A stretch of 64,000 nt of DNA, taken from positions 147,723,971-147,787,970 of the forward strand of contig NC_085843.1 of assembly GCF_035594765.1 (NCBI RefSeq), given 5' to 3'. Below, in pieces: positions 27,977 to 40,411 of the stretch. Source of the DNA: Anolis carolinensis. Taxonomy: Eukaryota. The stretch's first letter is position 1; each line of letters starts with the position of its first letter. The notes below the pieces were generated by a model, which saw only the letters and a list, made by a program, of their open reading frames with translations, ran no database searches and was not told where the DNA came from. Position numbers and translations under genes: made by a program.

Positions 27977-28952
27977 ATGAATAAAATGAAACAAAGAAGG
28001 ATGCATCTATTTCAAGTAACCCATTTGTAAAGTTAAATAAAACATATGATTTATTCAATACTTACAATAAAGTAGAAAACATAATATATAATATTAAATT
28101 TTGCACATCATTAAAAAGTCCTAATTCTTGCTAACGGTAGCACTTTTTTTTCACAAAAAACTGTAGCAGACTGACTAAAATATAATTTAGAGGGTTTGGA
28201 AGTATTCTCAAGAGTTTGACTATTTCACATTTGGCTCTCTCAAACAAATCTTGGGGAGCGACAATGGTTGCATGACTGTTCTCCCCACCATCCAGATACT
28301 CTGGTCACCCCAAACATCCCAAAAGTTTGCTCTGGAGAGTTCAGAACCCCCCTGGAACTTGCCTTCCAATGCTGAATACTTATGAGTGGAGGGGAGGGGA
28401 AGACTCATATTGTTGCTTTAAGCTACAATTCTTTATTTCAAATATATATATATTGAAACTCAATTTGAAATAAAATAAAATGTGCATTTACATTCATGAT
28501 TAGCTTTTTAAAAACCCACATTAATGAAAAATAATAGCAAGCATATCATGAATCAGCAACAAGTTGATTTCTCTCTCTTTCTGTTTTCAGAGATCCTTTT
28601 CTGCTATCACAAATCAGGCTCCCAATAAACTCAAAGTAATTCTCAAAGACATATAGTTTTCAAAACACAGATTCATGTGATAATCATTGCTCATGTAAAT
28701 AACTCCTTTACATGTGTTGCATCTCTGACAAGCAGATTCATTTTTATAACATTAAAATTAATGAGAGGTGTGGGGGTTAGTGGAATTGCATGAAGTCTTG
28801 TACAAGAGGGAGCAGAAAATGTCTATCCATGTGAGAACACAATGTAGTAAGATTTGTATTCTAGAATGAAAATAGCATTTAATTAAAAACCTTTTAAAGT
28901 ATAGTATTACAACAATATTTACAAGGCTGCTAAAGTAGTTATTGGAGTTGCT

Positions 28953-29741
28953 CTCCACAAAAGTCAACACTGACACTGAAATACAACACCGCCTGAGCTC
29001 TGCGAGTGCAGCATTTTTCAGAATGAAGCAGAGAGTGTTTGATGATCGGAACATCCGTAGAGATACCAAGGTGCTTGTTTACAAAGCCATTGTCCTCCCA
29101 ACCCTGCTCTATGCCTGTGAAACATGGACGGTCTACAGACATCACACCCAACTCCTGGAGCGTTTCCATTAGCGTTGCCTCAGAAAAATCCTGAAAATCT
29201 CTTGGGAAGACAGGCGGACAAATGTCAGCGTGCTGGAAGAAGCAAAGACCACCAGCACTGAAGTGATGCTCCTACGCCATCAACTCCGCTGGACTGACCA
29301 CGTTGTCCGAATGCCTGATCACCGTCTCCCAAAGCAGCTACTCTACTCTGAACTCAAGAACGGGAAACGTAATGTTGGTGGGCAGGAAAAGAGATTTAAA
29401 GATGGGCTTAAAGCCAACCTTAAAAACTGTGACATAGATACTGACAACTGGGAAGCCCTGGCCCTTGAGCATTCTAATTGGAGGTCAGCTGTGACCAGCA
29501 GTGCTGCGGAATTCAAAGAGGCACGGATGGAGGGCTTAAGGGAGAAATGTGCCAAGAGGAAGGCCCATCAAGTCAACCCTGACCGGGACCGCCTTCCACC
29601 TGGAAACCGATGTCCTCACTGCGGGAGAACATGCAGATCAAGAATAGGTTTCTTCAGCCACCTAAGAACCCACCCCCAAGACACCAGAGATGGAAGACAA
29701 TCCTCCTCGAGCTACGAGGGATTGCCTAAGTAAGTAAGTAA
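28953..29741 (+). mobile_element. RTE-clade LINE 3' fragment
   Basis: YKAIVLPTLLYACETW, QLRWxxHVVRM, C-terminal CPHC...HLRTH zinc finger, (TAAG)n tail, TSD GGAGTTGCT (28944-28952 / 29742-29750), one in-frame stop at 29170-29172. Confidence 0.93.
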
Positions 29742-31352
29742 GGAGTTGCTATAAGTTTCAAAAATCTCATTCTTTCTGAGATTTAATATCCTCCTTCATC
29801 AGTGTTCTACATGTTGGAGGTGAAACTACATTTATGCCAGTACCTAAATCACAAGCCTTGCTAGGGGAAATGGTACACCAACATTGTGAGAAAACATTGT
29901 TTAGCATATGCATAATGACTTCAAAGAGGACACTTGAGGCAGGTGCATATTCTCTCTCCCCCAATGCAAAATCAATGGCTAATTTGTAGGGTCTTTTCAA
30001 AGAAGACCACAAGTGTTTAAAGAAATCTAAAGAAAATTCAAATACAGTTTTCCTGCATAAATTGTACATCTCACTCATATATAAAGATAGAACTTCAGTT
30101 CAGAATGCAAGGACACACACACACACACACACACAGATTATATTAACCTTTTCCCCCAAACCAAGAAATGTAGGTTTCCTCCCTGAACCGTTTACAAGAC
30201 TATATGGCACTCTTATTTTCCTTACCTTCTTTTCTACATGAGAAGGAAGTGGAAAATCAATGCTGTCTCATCTTTCTAAATTATTTTTAAAAATGAACAT
30301 AGCTGTGTGGTTTGGGGAAAAAACATTGCTGGATACAATCAGTCACCCAGATATTTATGCTCTAGAAATGCCATCTTTCCTATAACTGCATTGACCAAAT
30401 CATTAACTTTATTACATCCCTTGTGGATTTGATGCTTTTAAATAAGTTTAGTGGTAACTGTCTACATCAAGGTTATTTCCATGTATTAAATATGTGGTCA
30501 AATAGCTGGCATTCCATGCTTGTAGAAAACAAGTGTAAAAAAAAAACATGACAGAAAAAAAATGTTTGGGGTACAAAAACAAGCTCCAACCTTGTTGTAT
30601 CTAATCGTATGATTGATGAGCACCAGAAGAAAAGAATAGATTTTTACAAAACTTGGTTTCCTATAGTACTATTCCTTGTCATCTTTATTGATCATCATTA
30701 TTGTAGAAAACAGAATGTCAAGGTGATCCTGGAATAGTAGTTTTCAGGTGTCGTAATAAGCAAATGCTTCTCTGTCAAAGGTTATCTGCTGGAAGATGAA
30801 TGTCTGCATTATTGACTTTAGCTACTGCATTATAGAAAGATATAAAGGAAAAATCTCTTGCAGGTACCCTTTAAGTGACCTTGACGCTGGATCTTTATCT
30901 TGATACATGTTTGTCAAATCATTCCATAGTTGAGGATTTGAGGTGGAGCATACTAGATGAAATATTCCAATAACTCCCACACCCCCTATCTTACAGCTGA
31001 ATATTTATAAGTGTTTCAGGAAGACATTATCAAATATACAACATTCCTGAAGAATCCATTTGTTAGAGCCAAGGTTTGCAGTAACCATGACCCAGCCAGT
31101 CTGTATGGCTAAATTACAAAGACATCATCAAGAAATCATAGCAAGGAGAAAGTCTTTTGGGTACATGTGCTAAATAAGCACTGTTCCCATACTATAGTCT
31201 TACTTATAGCAGTGCCACTGACATATTATTCTCAGAAATGGTTAGGAGTAAGTAAAAAAGTGGCAGAGTTTAGTGACTAGATGTGCTGTAGCCTCATTTA
31301 GGATTATATTCTTGATGTTTTGTAACCCATTCTGGCATGAACATTAATATAT

Positions 31353-31590
31353 AGCATGGGTCTCCAAACTAAGGCCCGCAGGCCAGATGCAGTCCTCCAA
31401 GGTCACCCCCCCCCCCACACACACACACACCAGAAATTTTGAAGTCACTCAACAACAAAAACAATCCTAATTAATTTGACTATCTCATCAGCCAAAAGCA
31501 AGCCCACATTTCCCACTGAAATACTGTTAAATTTACTGGTTGTTGTGAGTCTTTCGGGTTGTATGGCCATGTTAAATTTACGTTGGTTAA
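31353..31590 (+). mobile_element. hAT-Charlie-like MITE fragment
   Basis: GGGTCTCCAAACTAAGGCCCGCAGGCCAGATGCAGTCC start; far end not found. Confidence 0.55.
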
Positions 31591-32907
31591 AACCAAAGGG
31601 AAAGACAAAAGAAGAGCAGTCTTAAATAGCCTGCAGATCTGCCCCGTCACATGATTGGGGTTGGTGAAACCAACTGGCATCACCAAGTCTGGCCTTCTTC
31701 ATGGAGGCCTTCAAAACTCCCACCTTCACAGATTAGAGTGAAATTTCTTTTTGTTTGTTTGGAAATTTTTCAGCCTTTCATGCAAGGAGGAACCTTCAGG
31801 TTTACTTTGAAATTCAACATGAAATGCGTACTAATTCTTACTTGGTTTGTGCATTCCAAAGATTGGGAATTGTGTTTTCTTTTTATTTTCAGTGCCTCAG
31901 TTCCATTCCACTTGATTAATAAGTCATGATAACAAGAAATAATGAATCACAACTGAACCCTCTTTGTACATTATCAGAAAGCAAGCTGGTGTTCCAATAA
32001 AGGATTATTTTAGATGTGGCAGCAGTGAGAAAATCTGAAGGGAAATTATACCTGAATATTGCTATGGCAATGGAAAAAGATACTGGAAATGTAAGAACTA
32101 TTGGGATACATAGTCAGCCAAAAAACCTAAGGCATGGTGCCAAGATGTAAATAAGTTTAAAACAGACAGTGAAATGAGCCACTTTGCTTCCAAAAAAGTT
32201 TACAGCTTGGATGAAATGCAGTATGACTAACAGTATTCTCCAACATGGCATGCTAGTCCGCAACCCCATAATTCCTAACAGCATGGCTATAAACAGGGGC
32301 TATATTTGCCACTCCAACTCCCACATGTATACTTCAGACAGAACAGAAGGATTAGGTGATAGGAGTATTTATTAATCATTTACAAAGATCTTTAGCTGTG
32401 TAGGACCAGGGGTCTCTTAGGTTTCCACTTGCCATCAATGTGATATATGAGCTACCATTGGATCCAAAGGGTTTCTAGCTTAATTAACTGCCCATGCTGG
32501 CCTCTAGGAAATTGATCCAAGCAAGAAACCCTCTCCAAAGTCCAAAAAGGCTCCCAGGATGTTCACAAATGTTCATCTGAGCATCATAACCAGAAATACA
32601 CTCCAGAGGATAACCCTTTGGCCTACAAATTGCATCTCGATGGTCAACAGGGTGTTCTGGGTCAAACACTTCCAAAAACGATCCAGTCAGTTGGGTGAGT
32701 ATTTTAAAGCCATCACTAATGGCAATTCACATTTCTCCTTGCAATCATTGCAAAGGACACACAATAAAAAGGAAAAGATAAACAAAAACACTGAAGAGAA
32801 GCTTCAGCTGTGAGATTCAAAGTTCTTTGAAGCACACACTAAACACAATGGAGAATGTGACCAGGACCTTTCTGTAACCTAGTTTAACACTTCTGATCAT
32901 TATTAAT

Positions 32908-33963
32908 GACCTCTTCACATGGCCTCTTCACAGTCACCAGCAAAAGGCAAGGTGCGGGGGGGGGGTGGCTTGTGGTGCCCCATGCACCCTCTCTCCTTCC
33001 TCTGTCATATGGTGGGGACAGGGTGCATTGGCACCCTGTCCCCATCAGATGAGAGAAAGAACAGCAATGTGTGACAATGCTACCCTTTTCCCCGTCATAC
33101 GGGGAAAGGGGGAGGAAAGAGGAAAACACACTTTCCTCCCCATGTTGGTGGAAGAAGCGCTTTCCAGCGCTTCCCCTCCACTTTGGGAGGTGTCACACCT
33201 CAGGTTAGCTTCACCCTGCTGTATACATCAAACTGCACACAGGTTGAAGTCTTTTTAGTTTATTAGGAAATAGAAGATAAAAAGTTATTTAAAAGCAAAC
33301 ATAAAGTTCCAAAAGATGGTTACAAAATAAAGCTTTAGAAAATAATAATCCAAGAAATCACAAGGAATAAACAAAGTCCCATTAGAGCATGACAAAGTTC
33401 CATGAACATGAACACAAAAGCTGCAAGATAATCCAGGAAAACAAGAGCTTGCTTTTGGGTTGAACAAAAGTTGCTTTGGCAAAGGTTTGTCTCCAAACAC
33501 ATTGCTTTAATACCCTTTGCAAAGCATGAAAGCATTTGGCCTCTGACCTCCTTCTTGTTTGCTATTCTCACACTCCTTTGAACCCTGAATTCCAAATGGT
33601 CAGCTCGATCTAAAGATTCTGTTTCATCAAGGTCAGCCTGCTTGCTATCAGACTGAGAACTGTCCTCCTTTTCTAAGTCAATTTGCACCTGGCTAGTTTC
33701 AGTATCAACAACATCATTCCTTGCTGTGGGAAAATGAACTTGCACTCTTTGTTACTCATCTTCTACAACAGGGACATTTTGAACCTGATTTTGAGCCTGA
33801 ATCCCACCATCCTCATCAGAGTCCATCTGAGGCTCCAGCTGAGTCACAACAGGAGGAATGTTGGCAAGTCTGCTGAGCATTATCTGATGATGCTCAGAAG
33901 TCCCTGTCTAGGCCTGGCCAAAAGCAGCAAAACGGGGCTGTTTTAGCTCTATGTGAAGAAATC
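32908..33963. mobile_element. Second copy of the same MITE family, split by the solo LTR
   Basis: Shares CCATCAGATGAGAGAAA, AAACACTTTCCTCCC, CCTCCACTT..GGAGG|AATGT and TTATCTGAT.ATGCT with 14305-14667. Confidence 0.7.
33191..33851 (-). mobile_element. Solo LTR of a second Gypsy-like family (661 bp)
   Basis: TG...CA termini, 5-bp TSD GGAGG (33186-33190 / 33852-33856), minus-strand TATTAAA and CTAATAAACT signals; cleanly interrupts a MITE whose halves rejoin across it. Confidence 0.85.
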
Positions 33964-34049
33964 TTGAGAATATGTTAGACTTTGATCATGTTTAGATTCT
34001 CTTATAATACATATGAGGATCGTTGACTCTTTACAATTCTAAGATTGAA

Positions 34050-34243
34050 TACTGCTTTATCTACAACAATTGCTGTATTTTATTGTTTTTACCAGGGGGT
34101 ACCATGAATTTATGATGTTGTGTTGACTGTTTATCGCCTATGTTTTGTTCTGCACTTCTTGTATTTTGCATTTTGTGCTACACCTTGAGTGTTTTGTGAG
34201 CTGCCCTGAGTCCCTCTGGGAGATGGTGGCGGGATATAAATAA

Positions 34244-34285
<42 letters not shown>
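34050..34285 (+). mobile_element. L2 3' end with (TTA)n tail
   Basis: GTGAGCTGCCCTGAGTCCCTCTGGGAGATGG terminus. Confidence 0.8.
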
Positions 34286-36003
34286 TTGTTTTTGTTGTGA
34301 TCCACTAAGGGGTTGACACAACACTGAAAAACAGCCCACCAATCCTCAATGCATGCCCATCTCAAACTATATGACTATTACAGGCCACCTTCATCCCTAT
34401 CCAATTCTTGTCCATTCAGAATTAGGAATGCCACATATATGGTCAGAAGCTTTGAATACTTTTTCTTTAGGATCTGTCAGTATACTTTCCCCTCTTCTTG
34501 GATCATATTCTTCAACTAGAAGGAAAAATAAAATAAGTTATGCCTCAAGATCCTTTATCTAGAATTGGATAGTTCTTTACCATATGTTGAAGGGTATAAC
34601 ATATGGTAAAGTATTATGTGTTTTGAAAATGAAGGAGTAATTATTGGCTTTAGTGAGTCTTGTAAGTCTGTCTATTGCATCATGGGAGACAACATGTCTC
34701 TTCAGATATCTCATGAGGTCCACTCACCTCTCAACAAGGAACCCCCTTTCACCTCTTCTTGCTCTATGAACTGACAGAGCCTTTTCATTCATAGAACCCT
34801 GAAAAGATAACTCTTATGTCTTCTGAGAAGTAGTCTGTTATCCCTCTTCATGTATATCATTATTTTATTTTCTCATTCTAAACCTCAGCTTTGGTCTTAA
34901 TAGTTCCTTTTCTTTGTCTCACATTTTTCCAAGTATCAGTTTCCTATGATTGGGAAATACCTCTCTCCTAACTGATAACCAACGTATTTTGCCCTTCCAG
35001 GGAATTAATCTTGTGACCTGCTCATATTGCAAAAGGGGAAAATAATGCACAAACCTCTTGTGCTAAATGGTAGAAAGCGAAAATATCTTTAAAAACTAAA
35101 CGGCATGTACGCACATATTTTAAAAATCTGTTGCACAGAAAGCTAAGTCATGTGGTATGAAATTTCATCCACCCTGAGTCTTATTAATATACACATGTAC
35201 AGCTTTCTGGTTTTTCTTATTATGTGTTTGCTGTTGGAAGAGACTCCACTGAACTATTTTTTTATCTCGAGTCTTGTGAACTAATATGAATACTGTAACT
35301 CTTATACATATTTGATAATGTTCATTTGCATAACAATTTGCTGTTGTAGTGATTCCACAGTGAAGAGACATGTATCAAACAGTTCCCAAGGAAGTGAAAG
35401 TAATCTTACTTACAGCTTTATTGCTTTGTGGCAGCATTGGTCAACAAAGCTGAAATTTTAAAACTGAAATCAGACTTTGGGGAAGCACTTTGTGATCCAC
35501 TGAGAATTATGCTACATATAGAACATTTAACTCAATGTATGTAATACACACATTTAATTACAGTATGCTTCTGTACTGTTTCACTTTCCTAATTATAATA
35601 CTTTTCCTAGTGTTCCAGAACAAGTGCTAGTAAACCATGAAGGATTATCATAAATTACTAAAACTAAGCTACAATTGTCAAACACATAAAGCCTAGCTTA
35701 TGTATATACTTATGATGTTGTTATTTCATTCCCTTATGGTGTTATTATTTCCCTTCTGATGTATTATTTCATTCAGTTTTCTGGCTTATGTTCGATATCC
35801 CATTGTAAGCCACTGTAAGAGGTGTCTTAAATTGCATGTGCACTCTCATAACAAGAGCTTAAATGAATACTGTTTGGACTGAGGGAGACTTGAGATATTT
35901 GAGGAAATAGCAGATTGAATATTATTGATTGATTTAGAGTATTTATACCCTGTCCTTTAGCCAAAATATTTCCCATAGTTGCTGGCAACTTGTATATTTG
36001 ACA

Positions 36004-36230
36004 AATAATAATAATAATAATAATAATAATAATCATCATCATCATCATCATCATCATCACTTTATTTTTCTATCCTGTCTCCATCTCCCCAAGGGGACTC
36101 GGGGCAGCTAACACAGGGCGAGGCCCGAGGACAATAAAACAAAGTTAAACAAATAAAATAATATCATCAAATAAGTAAAAGTATAATAAAATCAATCATC
36201 AGTACAAATGCAATACAGTATCGAGTAAAA
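36004..36230 (-). mobile_element. L2 3' end with compound (AAT)n(CAT)n tail
   Basis: CCATCTCCCCAAGGGGACTCGGGGCAGC next to the microsatellite. Confidence 0.75.
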
Positions 36231-36890
36231 CCACTCTAAAAGATGACATATTGAGATGGAAAGACCGCCAATTTGGGGAATGGGGTACGATTCCCTGCCT
36301 TCAGCCTTATAATTTAAAAGAACACAAAACACATGGAAAAGACTATAGTAATGAGAGATAAAATTCAGTCCAGCAAATACTAGTTCTTGTTCTGTCTCTC
36401 AGAGATCAGACCAATGGCAGTTGTCATGGAGAGGAGATCTCCCACCAATCCTGGGAACCAAGGTATATGTAAATCCTTGCTGTTTTCATATCTCCTAGAG
36501 TCTACATTAGTATAGTGGCATAAAAAGGGATTGCTATTTTCCTTCATTTTATCTGGTTTGAGAGGAGATCAAATAGAAGACTTATACTTTTCAATATAGT
36601 TTTATTTATTTATTTATTTATTTATTTTTATCCTGTTTTTCTCCCATGGGTGGCATTCAAAACAGCGTACAATGGTTAAAAACTACAAAATTGTGTAACA
36701 TGAAAACACAAGAAAAAAACATCATAGAAGCAAAGTAAATGGAAATACACACTACACAGGCCAAATTTAATACATTAATAAATTAAAACATTATACCATT
36801 ATACTATTAAAAATTCCCTGACCCTCAGGCCATTAAGATTATCCACTAATATAATTATTCGAGGGTTCCGAAAGCTCCATTTCCTTTAGG

Positions 36891-37216
36891 TTAAAAGGTT
36901 TTCCCCTGACGTTAAGTCCAGTCGTGACCGACTCTGGGGGTTGGTGCTCATCTCCGTTTCTAAGCCGAAGAGCCGGCGTTGTCCGTAGACACCTCCAAGG
37001 TCATGTCGCCGGCATGACTGCATGGAGCACCGTTACCTTCCCACCGGAGTGGTACCTATTCATCTACTCACATTTGCATGTTTTTGAACTGCTAGGTTGG
37101 CAGGAGCTGGAGCTAACAGCGGGTGCTCACTCCACTCCCGGGATTTGAACCTGGCACCTTTTGGTCCGCAAGTTCAGCAGCTCAGCACTTTAATGCACTG
37201 TGCCACCAGGGGCCCC
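36891..37216 (-). mobile_element. Sauria SINE
   Basis: Reverse-complement copy of 2803-3120; flanking direct repeat CCATTTCCTTTAGG (36877-36890 / 37215-37228). Confidence 0.92.
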
Positions 37217-37597
37217 ATTTCCTTTAGGGTGTGTTAAAATACAGCCAGTCTGAAATAGCATTCCAAAAAAATACAATTACCTGTTTCTATCTGGCCATTG
37301 CCTATTGTTGATCTTCAGTAAAGTAGGATTTTCCATTCATGTAAGTGGTCCTGAAACAATATCTGGTTTACATTATTATTATTATTATTATTTAATTTTA
37401 AATTGGCCTCTACCTTCCAATTCTTTTTCCTTTCAGTTGTAATGGATTATGATCTAATGTTGTGTGCCAAGACTCACTTGGTATTAAAGACTGGGGTTTA
37501 TCAAACAAGCACAAGGTGAGCCAAGACCATGTTTAATAATAATAATCATCATCATAATCATAATCCAGCATATCTATCTTGTTTGCTGTGTCATACA

Positions 37598-38198
37598 ATA
37601 ATAATACTTTATTTTTGTATCCCACCACCATCTCCCCAAAGGGACTCGGGGCGGCCTACAACAAGGACAAGTCCAAACAACAACATAACTTAACATACAG
37701 CCAAATTTAACAACAGTAATTTAAAATAACATAACAGTAAAATAACAATAAATATAACAATAACTTTAATCTGAGCCACATCGCTACATACAACAAAGGG
37801 TAATTATTTCACGGCACCAGGAGGGTCCATAGATAAAATCAAAATAAGTAGGGAGAGAATGAGGGAAATGGTGCCATTAAAGTGCTGAAGCATATAGAGT
37901 GAGGAGTAATGATAAAATGGACAATAGATTTGTAAACAGATTACATATCTAATAAGCTTGTTTATTCAAAAATGCTCCGGAACATCCAAGTTTTCAGTTC
38001 TCAGCAAAAGATGGGCAAGGAAGGAGCCAGCCTGATCTCCCTGGGAAGAGAGTTCCAGAGCCGGGGGGCCACCACCGAGAAGGCCTTCTCCCTTGTCCCT
38101 ACCAACCGCTCTTGAGACAGACGTAGGAGTGAGAGAAGGGCCTCTCCAGATGATCTTAAGGTCCGTGCAGGTTCGTAGGGGAGGAGGCGATCGCAGAG
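37598..38198 (-). mobile_element. L2 3' portion
   Basis: L2 terminus at about 37620-37660; ORF2 C-terminus homologous to 10380-10560 and 55870-56070. Confidence 0.85.
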
Positions 38199-38213
38199 AC
38201 AGGCAGAGATACT

Positions 38214-38929
38214 TATAAGGAAAACTAAAGCCCCGAGTTTTCCAAAGGTCTGGCCAACAAAACAGAATCACAGCACACAGCTTGAGTAATGAGGAACACG
38301 ATCTAAGGTCAAAAGTCCAATTTGATATAAATAAGCCAAGTACTATATAGCCAGTTCAGGAGCAAGGATAAACAATAGCCAGAGTTACAGTGCAATAGTC
38401 AGATGTGAGGAGTTCACTTATCAGAGTTCGAAAGTTCAAAAGTACAAACTGACGTGAGAGTTCCAAAGTCAAGCCAGATAGTCAGGGATCAAACTGAAGT
38501 CCAAATCCATAAACTAAAGCTGGGAAGTTAGTCTAAAATTCCGAGTCAAGGTGTCAGGATGCAACAAGGTCCAAACCAGGGTTGCAGGAACAGCAAATTC
38601 CAAAACAGGATTACAGGGGAAAGGTCTCGGTTCAGAATTCTAACTCAGGTGAAGCAGAGCCAAGATCCAGGACATGCATATCAAAGTATGATGTTATCTG
38701 TTACCAAAGAGCTATCTCTTCCAGACCCCTTTTTCATCAAAAGATCTCAACTGCTGCTCATTTCAGCAACCCTACACAGATAATCCTAGAAGCCTGTGAT
38801 GCTTTCTTTGAGGAGGAGATCAGCTTAACCCCTTCCAAGCTTGCTACAATACTGAGAAGAGTCCTCCTCTGCTGGAGACTTGTTCTCAGCTGCAGTTTAG
38901 CCAGGTCAGACAAATTGCTGGCCATGACA
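38214..38929 (-). mobile_element. Probable degraded solo LTR
   Basis: Minus strand begins TGTCATG and carries LTR-like TTGGAC/TTGAC-rich sequence; truncates an L2; no convincing TSD. Confidence 0.4.
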
Positions 38930-38949
38930 TCAGATTACTTTCTTGTATG

Positions 38950-39240
38950 GTTTGTATAAGTGTGGTTATGGTCACTTCTCATGTATTTGGAATTTTATTT
39001 GATTCTAAAATTGAGTGAAATAACACCTGTATGGCGCTTAATAATTCATTTTTGAATCCCTTACAATAATTTTTTGAAAACCCATCAAATCCTGGAGATT
39101 TAATTAATTTTGTTTTTGCTATTGTTTTGGAGATTTCAATTGTAATAGGGTTATTATCTTGTTTTTGCTAATATATAATGTTGATACCTGACAATAACAT
39201 GAAATAAATCCAGTCAGTGACTCAATCTGTTCTACTCAAT
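38950..39240 (-). mobile_element. Degraded L1 ORF2 remnant next to the Gypsy insertion site
   Basis: Minus strand reads PITIEISKTIAKTKLIKSPGFDGF, like the L1 PIT..EI...I......KSPGPDGF motif. Confidence 0.65.
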
Positions 39241-39248
39241 AATGTGAT

Positions 39249-40398
39249 TGTTATGATTGAGCCTCATGGCTCTGTTACTGACAGACGTGGGCGTAAGACT
39301 CCTCGAGAGTCAGATACTCTCGAGGAGCGAGAGAGAAAAAGACTGCGAGACATATTTGCAGCACCATCTGACGAAGAGTCTTTCGAGGGGTTTACGGAGA
39401 GAATGGAGGAGGGGCTGGTTAGCTCAGAGGAGGATGAGATGGATTGGACTCGGGTAAGGGAGGAATTGGGTGCCACTGGCCATGATGGGATAGAAGATGA
39501 ATGGGGACCTTCAGGATTAGACCCATGGCTTAGCTGGAGGGATGGGACGGGATCCACAGCTGGAGATGCTGTTGGGCGTAGTCAGAGGTGTTCCAGCTCT
39601 GACGAGGAAAGTGATGAGGAAACGCCCGGGTTAAGGAGGACAGCTGACAGTGATGAGGATTTGTAACTGGCATAAAATGGGGCTTGGGAGCAATTGCAAA
39701 TTGCGTTGGGCAAGGTAATCTGGACAAACGCTTGGGATCTGTGTGTGTGGGACGCTTTCCTGAAGACTGGTGTGTTTTCCTGTGCTGAGACGTAAGTGGT
39801 TTTGGAATTCAGGGTCAGACGGCGGGAGGAATTGTGTGGGCATTTGTTTGTGCAAACCTGTGCTTACTCTTATTAGCTTGACCTTCCGTCGTCTTCTTGA
39901 CGGACGCCATCTCCTGCTTTGAAAACTCGGACTGAACTGACCACGGCTTGTCTTCCCCCCCTTCTTGGACTTGGAAAAACTACAAACGTCTGCTTCTGGC
40001 TTTGATCTACGGAACGGAACTGGTCTACTCTACTGCTACAATCCTTGGCTGATCTGCTCGTGTTGGAAATCCTGTCTGCTGTGTGTGTGTGGGAGCGACG
40101 CAAGTTACTCTAAGCACAGTGTTGGCAGCAGAGAGGAATCTGCTGCCAATTAGTTGCATTCTTTGTATCTTTTGTTCCTTGGCTTTCGTTTTGTTTATAC
40201 CCAGGCTGAAGCAAGCAGTTTGTTTTTACCCGGATTAAAATCCGGTTTAATCCGGTTTATCTTTTGAACATTTACTTTTGTCCCTTTTTGCTCCTAAAGG
40301 CAAATACTGCCTGGCCCTTGTGTTTTACGGGCATTTTTTGAGTTCTGTAATCTAATAAACTCTGTTACTTTGAATCTTGTGGCGTTCTGTCCTTGACA
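39249..40398 (+). repeat. 5' LTR
   Basis: Starts TGTTATGATTGAG and ends CCTTGACA. Matches 44442-45591 except G/A at 39860/45053 and A/C at 40240/45433 (differences found by eye). Confidence 0.97.
39671..39677 (+). promoter_or_regulatory. TATA-like box of the LTR promoter
   Basis: CATAAAA about 32 nt upstream of the inferred transcript start at 39703. Confidence 0.6.
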
Positions 40399-40400
40399 GA

Positions 40401-40411
40401 TTGCCCAACGC
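40401..40411 (+). promoter_or_regulatory. Self-priming-type primer binding site
   Basis: TTGCCCAACGC lies 2 nt after the 5' LTR, lacks the TGG of a tRNA PBS, and is the exact reverse complement of GCGTTGGGCAA at 39703-39713. Confidence 0.8.

Noticed and set aside
35827-36060. Poly-M/I, poly-N and poly-L ORFs here and at 27834, 34138 and 55300
   Set aside because: Translations of trinucleotide L2 tails.
39217-39666. 149-aa ORF as an independent host gene
   Set aside because: It is the 5' LTR copy of the Pol tail, with a chance upstream GTG in flanking DNA, and lies upstream of the inferred transcript start.
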